This document shows positions 8,710 to 18,001 of a stretch of 64,000 nucleotides of DNA, one piece after another. Position 1 is the stretch's first letter; each line of letters opens with the position of its first letter. Position numbers and translations under genes: made by a program. The stretch is from a candidate division TM6 bacterium GW2011_GWF2_28_16 (GTDB lineage Bacteria > Babelota > Babeliae > Babelales > UASB340). Location of the stretch: positions 97,435 to 161,434 of the forward strand of contig LBNX01000001.1 of NCBI GenBank assembly GCA_000989185.1. The letters run 5' to 3'. Under the pieces are notes generated by a model. It saw only the letters and a program-made list of their open reading frames with translations. It was not told where the DNA came from and ran no database searches.

Positions 8710-10173
8710 ATGAACAACACAATCAAAAGCATTATTGCAAGCACATTTCTTTTTGCTTCAATAAATGCTGGAATCGAAACGCAAAAAACATATTTGCAAA
8801 CCCGTCCATTCTTGTCTAACCTGCCTATGGAGCTTACAACATGGCATACACAAATTAATAAAATGAAACACAAAAAATGGGGCGGTAGCTTTCAGGCTGT
8901 GCCATTTTATCAAGAATCACAAAATGAATATGATCTAGGAAAATATTTTGGCTATCATGCAAATACAGTAAATGAAGATAGAGATTATATTAATGTAAGC
9001 GAAGCCGTTTATGACAATATTGATCCTAGAAATGTTATTCATAACTCTGCAGACTCAGCAGCTTTAAAAGCTACTGGTAAATTCTTTTTAGAACCAAAAC
9101 AAAAAACGTTTGGTGTTCGCTTAGATTATAATCACAATTTTAAAAGATTTTATGCAAGAATTAGCACACCTATAACATCTGTTAAATCGGGAATAAATCC
9201 AAAAACAGCTGGAACATTAACTAATATCACAGCAGGTGAAGGTGCTGGTCAAAACATAATGGATTATTTTAATGGTGACTTTCAGGAAACAACTGTAGGC
9301 AGCACAAACTTGCAAGATAAACTTTTATACGCCAAAATTGGTGGCAATCATGACAAAACAAATTTTGGTGATGTAAAATTAGCTCTTGGCTATAATTTTT
9401 ATAAACATAAAAGCAATTTTTTCAAACTTGGTTTAGATTTTACAATACCTACAGGAAATGATGCCAAGGCTGAATGGCTTTTTGAACCTATCAATGGCAA
9501 TGGTGGCTATTGGGCATTAGGTGCAGCATTTGATTCTAGATTTAGATTAGCAAAAAATGCTCATCGCAAAATACATTTTATGCTTGCAGGACATGCAGAA
9601 TATTTATTTGAAAATACAGAAAAAAGAGTCGTTGGCTTAAAAGATTATATTACAGGACATCCAAAATTAAGATTAGCTCATTACATGTTAGCAGGTGAAG
9701 ACGCCAAATATGCCCTTTTCCCAGCTGCAAATATTTTAGCTCAGGATTTAAAGATTAAACCAGGCTTCCAGTTAGAAGGACTTGCTGGCTTTTCAGTAAC
9801 TGCAAAAAATGTAGTTTTTGATATTGGATACAATATTTATTATAAAGAAAAAGAAAATGTAAAACAAAAAAATGCATGGGAAGATAATAAATATGCATTA
9901 GCAGATACAGACTTTGATTCAACAGTTCAATTTGATCCAGCAGCAAATTATGTCAATGGAGCTTCTGGTGCAATAAATTCAGCAAATATCGATTTAGACG
10001 CTGCAACAAGCCCAAGCGCATTAACTAACAAAGTTTATGCTGGATTTGGTTATTGCTTTAATGAATGCAAAACTCCTTTAATGCTTGCAGTTGGAACCAG
10101 TTATGAATTTGTAAATGGTAATGAAGCATTAGAAAACTTCGAAATTTATGGAAAACTAGGCATTTCTTTCTAA
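8710..10173 (+). CDS. putative outer-membrane beta-barrel protein (porin-like)
   Basis: A GAGAGGAG SD precedes the ATG at 8710. It has a signal peptide (MNNTIKSIIASTFLFASINAG), alternating amphipathic strands rich in G, Y and F, and a C-terminal ...LGISF (terminal Phe). Confidence 0.55.
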   Translation: MNNTIKSIIASTFLFASINAGIETQKTYLQTRPFLSNLPMELTTWHTQINKMKHKKWGGSFQAVPFYQESQNEYDLGKYFGYHANTVNEDRDYINVSEAVYDNIDPRNVIHNSADSAALKATGKFFLEPKQKTFGVRLDYNHNFKRFYARISTPITSVKSGINPKTAGTLTNITAGEGAGQNIMDYFNGDFQETTVGSTNLQDKLLYAKIGGNHDKTNFGDVKLALGYNFYKHKSNFFKLGLDFTIPTGNDAKAEWLFEPINGNGGYWALGAAFDSRFRLAKNAHRKIHFMLAGHAEYLFENTEKRVVGLKDYITGHPKLRLAHYMLAGEDAKYALFPAANILAQDLKIKPGFQLEGLAGFSVTAKNVVFDIGYNIYYKEKENVKQKNAWEDNKYALADTDFDSTVQFDPAANYVNGASGAINSANIDLDAATSPSALTNKVYAGFGYCFNECKTPLMLAVGTSYEFVNGNEALENFEIYGKLGISF

Positions 10174-10197
10174 AAAAGTAATTTTTATTAACTTTTG

Positions 10198-10236
10198 GGC
10201 CTAAAATTATAATTTTTTATGATTTTAGGCCTTTTT
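10198..10236 (+). terminator. rho-independent terminator
   Basis: GGCCTAAAAT (10198-10207) pairs with ATTTTAGGCC (10222-10231) and is followed by TTTTT. Confidence 0.75.
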
Positions 10237-10361
10237 CTATTTAATTTTATTTAAAAAACGCCATTTTTGCCCATTTGCAACAATATTTATAAATATTAAA
10301 CTTATTTATAGCTAATTGTAAAATAATGTGAGGTTTATATTTCATATATGGAGGTTATATT

Positions 10362-11012
10362 ATGAAAAAATTATTATTATTAGGATTACTTACAATTTCT
10401 ATAGGTAATCTTTCAGCAGATATGAGAAAAGGTAGAGGTAGCACCCCAAACTCTAAGTATGCAAAAAACGGCACAAATCTACCAGAGAATCCAGCAACAC
10501 CCAACGTAGAAGAACAAGAACCTGAAAAACAAAATCCAGTTCAAGATATGAACGAAAAGATACTTGAACCTAAATTTGAAAAACAACTTAAAGCTCGTAT
10601 TTCTAAACCTAAACCTGGTTTTTTGTCAAAGACATGGAACACAGTTAGACCTGCAGCTTTTGTTTATTTATTAATAAAACAACTTGAACTTTTAGGTTAT
10701 GTTCCAGCAAATAGTATGCATGATGAAGCTATTCTTGAATTCGTAAGCCAAAATTTTTATGCAATAGTAGAAATACTTAAAGAAAAAGGTTTAAACTTTT
10801 TGCAACTTTTAAACAACTTTGATGCCCGAAACTTTATGCATGTCACTACAGCTCCTGTTGTAAAAACTTTACAACCAGCTTTTGATCAATGTGGTTTTTT
10901 TGACAATATCTTAAACACTACAGCTCCTATTATAGAAACAATAAAAGCTCCTGTTGTAGAAACAATAAAGCCAAATTTAGCAGCTAGAGTTTTAAACTTC
11001 TTAGGTTTTTAA
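10362..11012 (+). CDS. hypothetical secreted protein
   Basis: A GGAGG SD precedes the start. It has a signal peptide (MKKLLLLGLLTISIGNLSA) and short C-terminal repeats (TAPVVKTLQP / TAPIIETIKAPVVETIKP). Confidence 0.6.
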   Translation: MKKLLLLGLLTISIGNLSADMRKGRGSTPNSKYAKNGTNLPENPATPNVEEQEPEKQNPVQDMNEKILEPKFEKQLKARISKPKPGFLSKTWNTVRPAAFVYLLIKQLELLGYVPANSMHDEAILEFVSQNFYAIVEILKEKGLNFLQLLNNFDARNFMHVTTAPVVKTLQPAFDQCGFFDNILNTTAPIIETIKAPVVETIKPNLAARVLNFLGF

Positions 11013-11035
11013 TTAATAACTAAATTTAATTTAGT

Positions 11036-11074
11036 AAAAAGAGCTCAGTATAAATTACTGGGCTCTTTTTTTTT
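11036..11074. terminator. bidirectional terminator between ORF 10362..11012 and fabF
   Basis: AAAAA, then GAGCTCAG, a loop, CTGGGCTC (one G-U pair) and T9. Confidence 0.7.
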
Positions 11075-11092
11075 ATAATTTAAAAATAAATT

Positions 11093-12379
11093 TTATATCT
11101 TTTTAAAAACAAGAACAGAATTACCGCCACCAAATCCAAATGAATTAGAAATAGCAAATTCAAGCTTAGCTTGGCGTGCGTGATTTGCAACATAATCTAA
11201 ATCACACTCAGGATCCTGGTTATCCAAATTTATTGTAGGTGGCAAAATTTGATCTTTAAGTGCTAATATAGAAAATATAGCTTCGCTGGCCCCTGCGGCG
11301 CCAAGCATGTGCCCTGTCATAGATTTAGTGCTACTTACACATGCATGATTTTGGTTAGCAGAATTAACATGTTCACTAAAAGCTTGCTTTAATGCAAACG
11401 TTTCTAGCTTATCGTTCATAACAGTTGAAGTTCCATGAGCGTTAATATAATTAACTTGTGATTTATTAATTTTAGCATCGGCAAGTGCAAAATTAATAGC
11501 ACCAACAGCACCTCTAGCCTCTGGATGCATAGCAGTAATATGGTAAGCATCACTTGTTTGAGCATAACCTATAATTTCAGCATAAATATTAGCCCCTCGA
11601 GCCATAGCCAAATCTAAACGTTCTAGAACAAGACACGCTGCACCTTCAGATAAAATAAAGCCAGCACGATCTTTATCAAATGGCCTACTTGCTTTTGTAG
11701 GATCACTAAAATTTTTAGAGCTACATAAAGCTCTCATATTCCCAAAAGCTGCTATCGCTAATTGCGTTATTGTGCTTTCAGTACCTCCGGCGAGCATATA
11801 ATCGGCATAACCATCACGTATACTTCTAAATGCATAACCTAATGCATCAGCACTAGAAGAACATGCATTTACAATAGATCCAACTCCACCCTGCAAATTA
11901 AATTCCATCGACAGCCAACCTGCAGCTTGATTGCTTATAGCTCTAGGTATCAAAAAAGGCGACACTCGCTTTGGCCCACCGGCATTTAAATCTTGAATAG
12001 AGTTTTCGATAGACTTTATGCCACCTATACCTACGCCTATAATAGAACCGAATCTAAATCTATTTTCTGGGTAACTAGAACTAAGACCTGCATCGTGCAT
12101 AGCTTGATGTCCAGCAATAGCTGCTAAGTGAATAAATCTATCCGTCTTACGCTGTTTTTCTGGCGCAAAACAAGAATCTAAAAGCGCTTGCTCGTTTTTT
12201 ACAAGCCCTGCAAAAGTATATGGATAATCTTTATAATTTTCGGGCCAAAAATTATCTGGTAAATAAGATATACCAGAATAACCCTGTATTATATTATTCC
12301 AGCAAGTATTTATACTATTTCCCAAAGGGTTAATAGCCCCCATACCTGTAATAACAACCCGATGTTTTGTATCTTTCAT
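11093..12379 (-). CDS. fabF: 3-oxoacyl-ACP synthase II
   Basis: Active-site context ACSSS, HGTSTVMND, SMTGHMLGAAG and NSFGFGGGNSVLVF. Confidence 0.92.
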   Translation of the reverse strand: MKDTKHRVVITGMGAINPLGNSINTCWNNIIQGYSGISYLPDNFWPENYKDYPYTFAGLVKNEQALLDSCFAPEKQRKTDRFIHLAAIAGHQAMHDAGLSSSYPENRFRFGSIIGVGIGGIKSIENSIQDLNAGGPKRVSPFLIPRAISNQAAGWLSMEFNLQGGVGSIVNACSSSADALGYAFRSIRDGYADYMLAGGTESTITQLAIAAFGNMRALCSSKNFSDPTKASRPFDKDRAGFILSEGAACLVLERLDLAMARGANIYAEIIGYAQTSDAYHITAMHPEARGAVGAINFALADAKINKSQVNYINAHGTSTVMNDKLETFALKQAFSEHVNSANQNHACVSSTKSMTGHMLGAAGASEAIFSILALKDQILPPTINLDNQDPECDLDYVANHARQAKLEFAISNSFGFGGGNSVLVFKKI

Positions 12380-12435
12380 GCTAATTTTTCTTTTTAATTT
12401 AATAAATTAATTTTTTTTAAAAATTTATTAAATAA

Positions 12436-12684
12436 TTACTTTGTTCTAACTTCGTGAATAATATCTACAGCATTTTGGATAGTTTTAATTTTTTCTGCAT
12501 CTTCATCTTTAATTTCTATTCCAAAAATTTCTTCAAAGCTCATAATTATTTCTACTATATCAAGTGAATCTGCACCTAAATCTTTAAACGTAACCTCAGG
12601 GGTTATACGCTCTGCCGGAATGCTTAATTTTTCTGCTATAGTATCTACAACTTTTTGTAATGTATCTTGTTTAGAAAATGCCAT
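12436..12684 (-). CDS. acpP: acyl carrier protein
   Basis: 82 aa with the DLGADSLDIVE phosphopantetheine site. Confidence 0.93.
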   Translation of the reverse strand: MAFSKQDTLQKVVDTIAEKLSIPAERITPEVTFKDLGADSLDIVEIIMSFEEIFGIEIKDEDAEKIKTIQNAVDIIHEVRTK

Positions 12685-12828
12685 AAAAATAGTCTCCCAA
12701 ATAAAATTATATTTAATTCTTTTAAATAGTATGAAAAAATAATAGTATATTAAAGTTAATTTTTTTCTAGTAATTTTAAAATAACTAGATATTTATTATA
12801 TAAAATTTTATGCAAGATAGTAATTTTT

Positions 12829-14271
12829 ATGATTTATGACCAAATTTTTTTTACAAAAGCTTTAAATAATCCAGAGTTTATCACTTATGGGATTTCACTT
12901 GAACAATTTTTTGCAAAAAATAATATTTCTAGCTTTGATATAGACAGTAGAACTGTTAATAAAAATGAAATTTTTATAGCTCTATGTGGCCAAAAAGTAG
13001 ATGGGCATAATTTTATAGAAGAAGTTTTACAAAAAGATATCTCTGGTCTTATAATAAATATAAATAAAAAATATATTCTAGATAAAATAAATGAAAATTT
13101 ACTTAAAGATAAATTAATAATTTTAGTTCCAGATAGCTTACAGGCATTAAAAGATCTAGCGCAATATTGGCGAGCTCAATTTAATTTTCCTATTATAGGT
13201 ATAACAGGATCTGTTGGCAAAACTACAACAAAAAATATATTACACCATATTTTTACACAAGCAGGAATATTAAGTTTTGCTTCACATAAAAATCAAAATA
13301 CTATAATTGGAATATGTTTAAATATTTTAAAACTAAGAGACTTTCATAAATTTGGTATCTTCGAAATGGGAATCAGTCATATTGGCGAAATGGAAGAACT
13401 CGCAAATTATTTAAGGCCAGATATTGGCGTTATTACATATATTTCACCAGCACATACGCAGGGACTTGAAAATATAAAAATTATATTACAAGAAAAATTA
13501 AAAATTTTTAGTTATTTTAAACAAAATAATATTGCAATAGTTTATGGCGATAAAGAGATAATTAAAAATTCTTGTAATAATTTTCCTGTAATAACTTTTG
13601 GTAAAAAAACAAGCAACAATATTCAAGCCAGAAAAATAAAATTAATTGAAATAAAAGATAAATTAAATCAAACAACTAATTTACACACTCGTTTTATATT
13701 AAAAATATATAACCAAAAATATCCAGTATTATTACCAGTGTTTCACGATGGGTTACTAAACAACTCTTTGGCTGCAGCTGCAATTGCTACACACTTAAAA
13801 ATAGACCAATACTTTATAATAAGGGGTATAGAAAGTTATAGCTCGACAGAAGGTAGGTTTGAAAAAATAAAACTAAAAAATAACTTGGGTTTAATTATTA
13901 ACGATTGCTATAACGCATCTCCCGAAAGCATGAAAGCTGCAATCAAAGCTTTTTCATTAATAAAAAGTACGGGACAAAAAATTGCTGTACTTGGTGACAT
14001 GCTTGAGCTTGGTAAAACAGAAAAAACTTGGCACAAAAATTTAGGTAAATTTTTACAAAAATTTAATAATATTAATAAATTAATTTTAGTTGGAAATAAC
14101 GCGCAATTAATAGCACAAACAGCGCCAACAGATATTGTTAAATATAATGCACAAAATTGGCAAGAAGCCCAAGCGCTTTTAAATAATATTTTAAATAATA
14201 ATAATAATTTAATTCTACTTAAAGCTTCACATTCTATGGGGCTAGAAAACATTGTAAATGGGCTAAAATAA
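12829..14271 (+). CDS. murF: UDP-MurNAc-tripeptide--D-Ala-D-Ala ligase
   Basis: GITGSVGKTTTK P-loop, the DCYNASPESM motif and an LGDMLELG C-terminal domain. It contains an NNNNN tract near the C-terminus. Confidence 0.88.
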   Translation: MIYDQIFFTKALNNPEFITYGISLEQFFAKNNISSFDIDSRTVNKNEIFIALCGQKVDGHNFIEEVLQKDISGLIININKKYILDKINENLLKDKLIILVPDSLQALKDLAQYWRAQFNFPIIGITGSVGKTTTKNILHHIFTQAGILSFASHKNQNTIIGICLNILKLRDFHKFGIFEMGISHIGEMEELANYLRPDIGVITYISPAHTQGLENIKIILQEKLKIFSYFKQNNIAIVYGDKEIIKNSCNNFPVITFGKKTSNNIQARKIKLIEIKDKLNQTTNLHTRFILKIYNQKYPVLLPVFHDGLLNNSLAAAAIATHLKIDQYFIIRGIESYSSTEGRFEKIKLKNNLGLIINDCYNASPESMKAAIKAFSLIKSTGQKIAVLGDMLELGKTEKTWHKNLGKFLQKFNNINKLILVGNNAQLIAQTAPTDIVKYNAQNWQEAQALLNNILNNNNNLILLKASHSMGLENIVNGLK

Positions 14272-14311
14272 ATTTTTTACGCATTTTATTATAAAAATTA
14301 AAAAATATTTA

Positions 14312-14355
14312 CCCGTTCGCCCTGAGCGTAGCAACTTGTTGCGAAGTCGAATGGG
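14312..14355 (+). repeat. left inverted repeat (CCCGTTCGCCCTGAGCGTAG-CAACTTGTTG-CGAAGTCGAATGGG)
   Basis: Its first 20 nt are the exact reverse complement of 14580-14599. It contains an internal mini-hairpin. Confidence 0.85.
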
Positions 14356-14382
14356 TGAATTACTAACTCAAATAAAATTATT

Positions 14383-14580
14383 TTATCTCCCCTTATTTTC
14401 TATTTTTGTTAACTCAAGTAAGCCTGCCCAACCTTTATATGCTAAAGCTTCTTTTTTTCGATGCGTCCATTTTTTTATTTTTCTTTCGGCCTGCAATGCT
14501 TCATATCTAGTTGAAAATAACTGCGAAAAAACCAAAGAATTTGTCCGTTCTTTCAACCCTTCGACTCCGTGGCAAGCCAC
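14383..14580 (-). pseudogene. N-terminally truncated GIY-YIG (UPF0213-like) nuclease fragment
   Basis: 65-aa ORF with a GTG start inside the right repeat. LVFSQLFSTRYEALQAERKIKKWTHRKKEALAYKGW resembles the C-terminal half of small GIY-YIG proteins (LVY.E.F...A...E..IK.W.R.KK.ALI). The GIY and YIG strands are missing. Confidence 0.5.
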
Positions 14581-14599
14581 TACGCTCAGGGCGAACGGG
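14557..14599 (-). repeat. right inverted repeat
   Basis: Its reverse complement reads CCCGTTCGCCCTGAGCGTAG-TGGCTTGCCA-CGGAGTCGAAGGG. The internal hairpin differs from the left copy but is still self-complementary. Confidence 0.85.
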
Positions 14600-14664
14600 G
14601 ATATAACTAACTTAATTCAATAACATTCTACAATAAATTTAATTTAAAATAATCAAAATTTAAT

Positions 14665-15411
14665 CTAAAATAACCCACCGTCAAGTTGAATAACCTGACC
14701 TGTTATATAATCAGCATTACCACTAGATAAAAACAGTACTAAATTAGCAACATCTTGTGGCTGCCCAAATCTTTTTAAACTTATTTTATTTAATATTTTT
14801 TCTTTTATATCTTCTGGTAATTTGTTTGTTAAGCTTGTTTGAATAAAGCCTGGGGCTATAGCATTAATTAAAATATTTTTAGAGCCATACTCTTGCGCTA
14901 ATGTTTTTGTAAGCGCAATAAGTCCTGCTTTGCTTGCTGCGTAATTTACTTGGCCAGCATTGCCTATAATACCAACGATAGAACTAATATTAATAATATA
15001 ACTAGTGTAATTTTTATCTTGCTTTAGAAATTTTTTTATTGCTTGCTGTGCACAAAAAAAGGCACCCTTTAAATTAATATCAAGCACACTATCCCAATCT
15101 TGCTCTTTTAATCTTATTGCCAGATTATCACGTGTTATGCCAGCGTTATTAACAAGTAAATTTAAATTTTTATTTTCAAGAGTATTTAATATTTTAAAAA
15201 TATTTTCAAAGCCAATTATAATAGAATTATAACTCGAAATATTTATATTAAAATAATTTACGCCCAAGTTTATTAGCTCTAAAACTCGAGCATCACTATT
15301 TTCTAAAATATCAAATACAAAAACAGTATCTTGTCTATTTAGTAGTAAATTTACTATCTCGCGCCCAATACCTGATGCACCACCAGTTACAAGTGAATTT
15401 TTTTTATGCAT
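14665..15411 (-). CDS. fabG: 3-oxoacyl-ACP reductase
   Basis: TGGASGIG, NNAGI and YAASKAG, the SDR triad context. Confidence 0.9.
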   Translation of the reverse strand: MHKKNSLVTGGASGIGREIVNLLLNRQDTVFVFDILENSDARVLELINLGVNYFNINISSYNSIIIGFENIFKILNTLENKNLNLLVNNAGITRDNLAIRLKEQDWDSVLDINLKGAFFCAQQAIKKFLKQDKNYTSYIINISSIVGIIGNAGQVNYAASKAGLIALTKTLAQEYGSKNILINAIAPGFIQTSLTNKLPEDIKEKILNKISLKRFGQPQDVANLVLFLSSGNADYITGQVIQLDGGLF

Positions 15412-15414
15412 AAA

Positions 15415-16416
15415 TTAAACTTCGCTGCTCCCATTTACGTCTGTATTATTATTGCCATTATTACCTAAGTCTATAGGCATCTTTTTTTCTATTAAATTAA
15501 ATAAATCTTGAATATGCTCTGGCTTATTTATTGCAATAATTTTTTTATCTGGCCATTCTCGTGTTAAAATTTTTGCCAATTTATCCGAAGGGCCTACCTG
15601 TATAATTACATCCATTTCTCGAAAAGCTAACATGGTTTGCCACCACAATACCGGCGAACTTAATTGTTCTATTAAAGAATCTCTAACTTCATCTGCAGTT
15701 TTTATAACACGCGCTTGAAAATTATTAATTAACGGTATTTCAAGATCTTTAAAATCAACTTTTAGCATATAAGAAGAAAATTCTTTTTGTGCATCTTGCA
15801 TTAAAACAGAGTGAAATGCTCCTGCAACATTTAATGGTATTACTTTTCCGGATAAAGCTTTTACGTCTAATTTAATTTGTTCGAGTTCTGGTAATGTGCC
15901 CGATACAACTAGCTGCTGTGGCGAATTAAAATTTACAACTTGCGCAACCATATTTTCTTCGGGCTTATGATATCTTGCACAAATTCCAACAACTACTTGC
16001 TCCGGAAGACCAATTATAGAAATCATGCTACCGGGTTTTTCCTCTGTTGCTTTATCCATAAATAACGATCTTTTTTTTAGTAAATATAAAGCATCTGCAA
16101 AATTTATTCCATTTGCTGCAAACACGGCAGTATATTCGCCTAAACTATGTCCAGCAACAAGATCAGGAACTATGTTATATTTTTCGCGTAATATTTTATA
16201 AATTGCAGCACTAACTAAAAATATAGATGTTTGTGCATTTACAGTATTTTGCAATTCTTTATCAGAAGATGCAAAACATAAGCGAACAAAATTTTGATCA
16301 ACACAATTTGATGCCAAATCAAAAAGCTCTTGCACAGTTCTTTCAGTGTCAAAAAATTCTTTGCCCATACCAAGAAATTGCGATCCTTGACCAGGAAATA
16401 TCATTCCAATTTTCAT
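15415..16416 (-). CDS. fabD: malonyl-CoA:ACP transacylase
   Basis: FPGQGSQFLGMG and the GHSLGEY active site. It has a C-terminal Asn/Gly-rich tail. Confidence 0.9.
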   Translation of the reverse strand: MKIGMIFPGQGSQFLGMGKEFFDTERTVQELFDLASNCVDQNFVRLCFASSDKELQNTVNAQTSIFLVSAAIYKILREKYNIVPDLVAGHSLGEYTAVFAANGINFADALYLLKKRSLFMDKATEEKPGSMISIIGLPEQVVVGICARYHKPEENMVAQVVNFNSPQQLVVSGTLPELEQIKLDVKALSGKVIPLNVAGAFHSVLMQDAQKEFSSYMLKVDFKDLEIPLINNFQARVIKTADEVRDSLIEQLSSPVLWWQTMLAFREMDVIIQVGPSDKLAKILTREWPDKKIIAINKPEHIQDLFNLIEKKMPIDLGNNGNNNTDVNGSSEV

Positions 16417-16435
16417 AAAACCTCACTAGCCTTTT

Positions 16436-17854
16436 TTATTTTAAACTTTTAATTAAAAAAGTTATTCTGTTTACAGCGCTATCTTTTCCTAATATTTTTA
16501 TAAGCTCAAAAACCCCTGGGCTCATTATTTTTCCAGTTAATGCCAACCGTAATAATTGTGCCAAATTTACAAGTTTTAAATTAAATTTTTCTACAGTATT
16601 ATTAGCTAAATTTAATAAATGATCATGACTTAAGTCACTAGTTTTATTTAATTCCTGTAAAAAGGCCTGCAATAGATCAATACTATTTGGAGTAACCCAC
16701 TTTTGAACGAGAGCTAGATCTAATACTTTTGGATCATTATGCAAAGAAATAATATCAAGAACCATATCTAACAACTTAGTCGCTCTTTGTTTATATTGCT
16801 CAAATAGTTCTTTTAACTGTTCTTGCGACCAGATTTTTTCAAGCTCTTGCAAGTAATTATTGCCTAATTCTTTTATAGCATTAACTAAGCTATTATAATC
16901 ACTTTGTCTTATATAAACACCATTAATCCATTCAAGCTTTTTGATATCAAAAATAGCGCCCTTTTTGCCTACATGATCAAAATCAAAAAATTTCACCATC
17001 TCTTCTCTGGTAAATAATTCTTGATCACCATGTGACCAACCTAGCCTTACAAGATAATTAAATAATGCATCAGCTAAAAAACCTTGTTGCTTATATTCCT
17101 GTACGCTTACAGTAGCATCTCGCTTACTTAATTTGTTTCCGGCTGGACCCAATATTAATGGCAAATGTGCAAACACAGGAATATTTGAATTAAGTGCTTT
17201 ATAAATTAATATTTGCTTATGTGTATTAGGTATATGATCTTCACCGCGTATAACATGTGTAATTTGCATAAAAATATCATCTGCTACAACCACAAAATTA
17301 TACGTAGGCGCACCATCACGACGCATTATTATAAAATCATCAAGCTGATCTGATTCTATTTTTACAGGGCCTCTAATTAAATCGTTAAATTCTAAATATT
17401 CAAGATTATCCGGAACTTTAAATCTTATTGCATGAGGCTTTTTTAAATCGTCTTGCGTGTATTTTTTATTTCTACACGTGCCTTCGTATTTATATGCACG
17501 CCCTAAAGCTTCACGCTCTTGACGTTTTTTTTCTAACTCTTCAGGCTCACAAAAACACGGGTAAGCGTCACCAGATTCTAATAATTTATTTATTACTTTT
17601 TTATGCTCTTCTAGCCTGGACATCTGGTAAACTATTGGCTCATCAGGTAACAAATTTAACCAACGTAAGCTATCTATTTGTGAATCTAAAAATTCTTTTG
17701 TTGATCTTTGTGTATCTGTATCTTCTACACGCATTAAATATGTGCCATTATTATGACGAGCATACAGCCAATTAAAAATTGCAACACGAACACTACCAAT
17801 ATGCAAATGCCCCGTTGGAGATGGAGCAAAGCGCACTCTTATATTTTTTAACAT
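16436..17854 (-). CDS. gltX: glutamyl-tRNA synthetase (paralogue 2)
   Basis: MLKNIRVRFAPSPTGHLHIGSVR, VIRGEDHI and KLSKRD. The start is set at the ATG at 17854 (AAAGG SD 8 nt upstream) rather than the GTG at 17902, which lies inside the repeat. Confidence 0.9.
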   Translation of the reverse strand: MLKNIRVRFAPSPTGHLHIGSVRVAIFNWLYARHNNGTYLMRVEDTDTQRSTKEFLDSQIDSLRWLNLLPDEPIVYQMSRLEEHKKVINKLLESGDAYPCFCEPEELEKKRQEREALGRAYKYEGTCRNKKYTQDDLKKPHAIRFKVPDNLEYLEFNDLIRGPVKIESDQLDDFIIMRRDGAPTYNFVVVADDIFMQITHVIRGEDHIPNTHKQILIYKALNSNIPVFAHLPLILGPAGNKLSKRDATVSVQEYKQQGFLADALFNYLVRLGWSHGDQELFTREEMVKFFDFDHVGKKGAIFDIKKLEWINGVYIRQSDYNSLVNAIKELGNNYLQELEKIWSQEQLKELFEQYKQRATKLLDMVLDIISLHNDPKVLDLALVQKWVTPNSIDLLQAFLQELNKTSDLSHDHLLNLANNTVEKFNLKLVNLAQLLRLALTGKIMSPGVFELIKILGKDSAVNRITFLIKSLK

Positions 17855-17888
17855 TTTTTGCCTTTTCAAAACATACAGCATTCTGCGT

Positions 17889-17948
17889 TTGTCATCCCCC
17901 ACTTGACTGCGTCCGGCGTAGCTTTACGCGAAGCCTGGATGGGGGATC
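17889..17948 (+). repeat. long variant of the GC-rich hairpin element in the gltX-2 leader
   Basis: TTGTCATCCCCCAC...GGCGTAGCTTTACGCGAAGCCTGGATGGGGGATC. The outer stem is ATCCCCCA/TGGGGGAT. The inner GCGTAGC-loop-GCGAAG module is shared with 14325-14345. Confidence 0.8.
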
Positions 17949-18001
17949 TAACAATTATATAGCTAATTATATCAAGAATATATCTTTTTTATAACAAAAG
18001 A

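Larger units (their letters stand above)
14312..14599 (-). mobile_element. inverted-repeat-bounded remnant of a small GIY-YIG nuclease element
   Basis: 43-44-bp GC-rich inverted repeats at both ends enclose a truncated GIY-YIG-like ORF. The element sits between murF and fabG and interrupts the fab cluster. Confidence 0.55.

Noticed and set aside
14336-14623. Plus-strand 95-aa ORF across the GIY-YIG remnant (ends …TTLRANGDITNLIQ).
   Set aside because: It is read out of the inverted repeats and the antisense of the nuclease fragment. It has no SD and no motif, so it is a repeat-derived artefact.
17428-17994. Plus-strand ORFs 17428..17775 and 17779..17994.
   Set aside because: The first is antisense to gltX-2. 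The second is translated through the GC-rich hairpin element. Neither has a start context.
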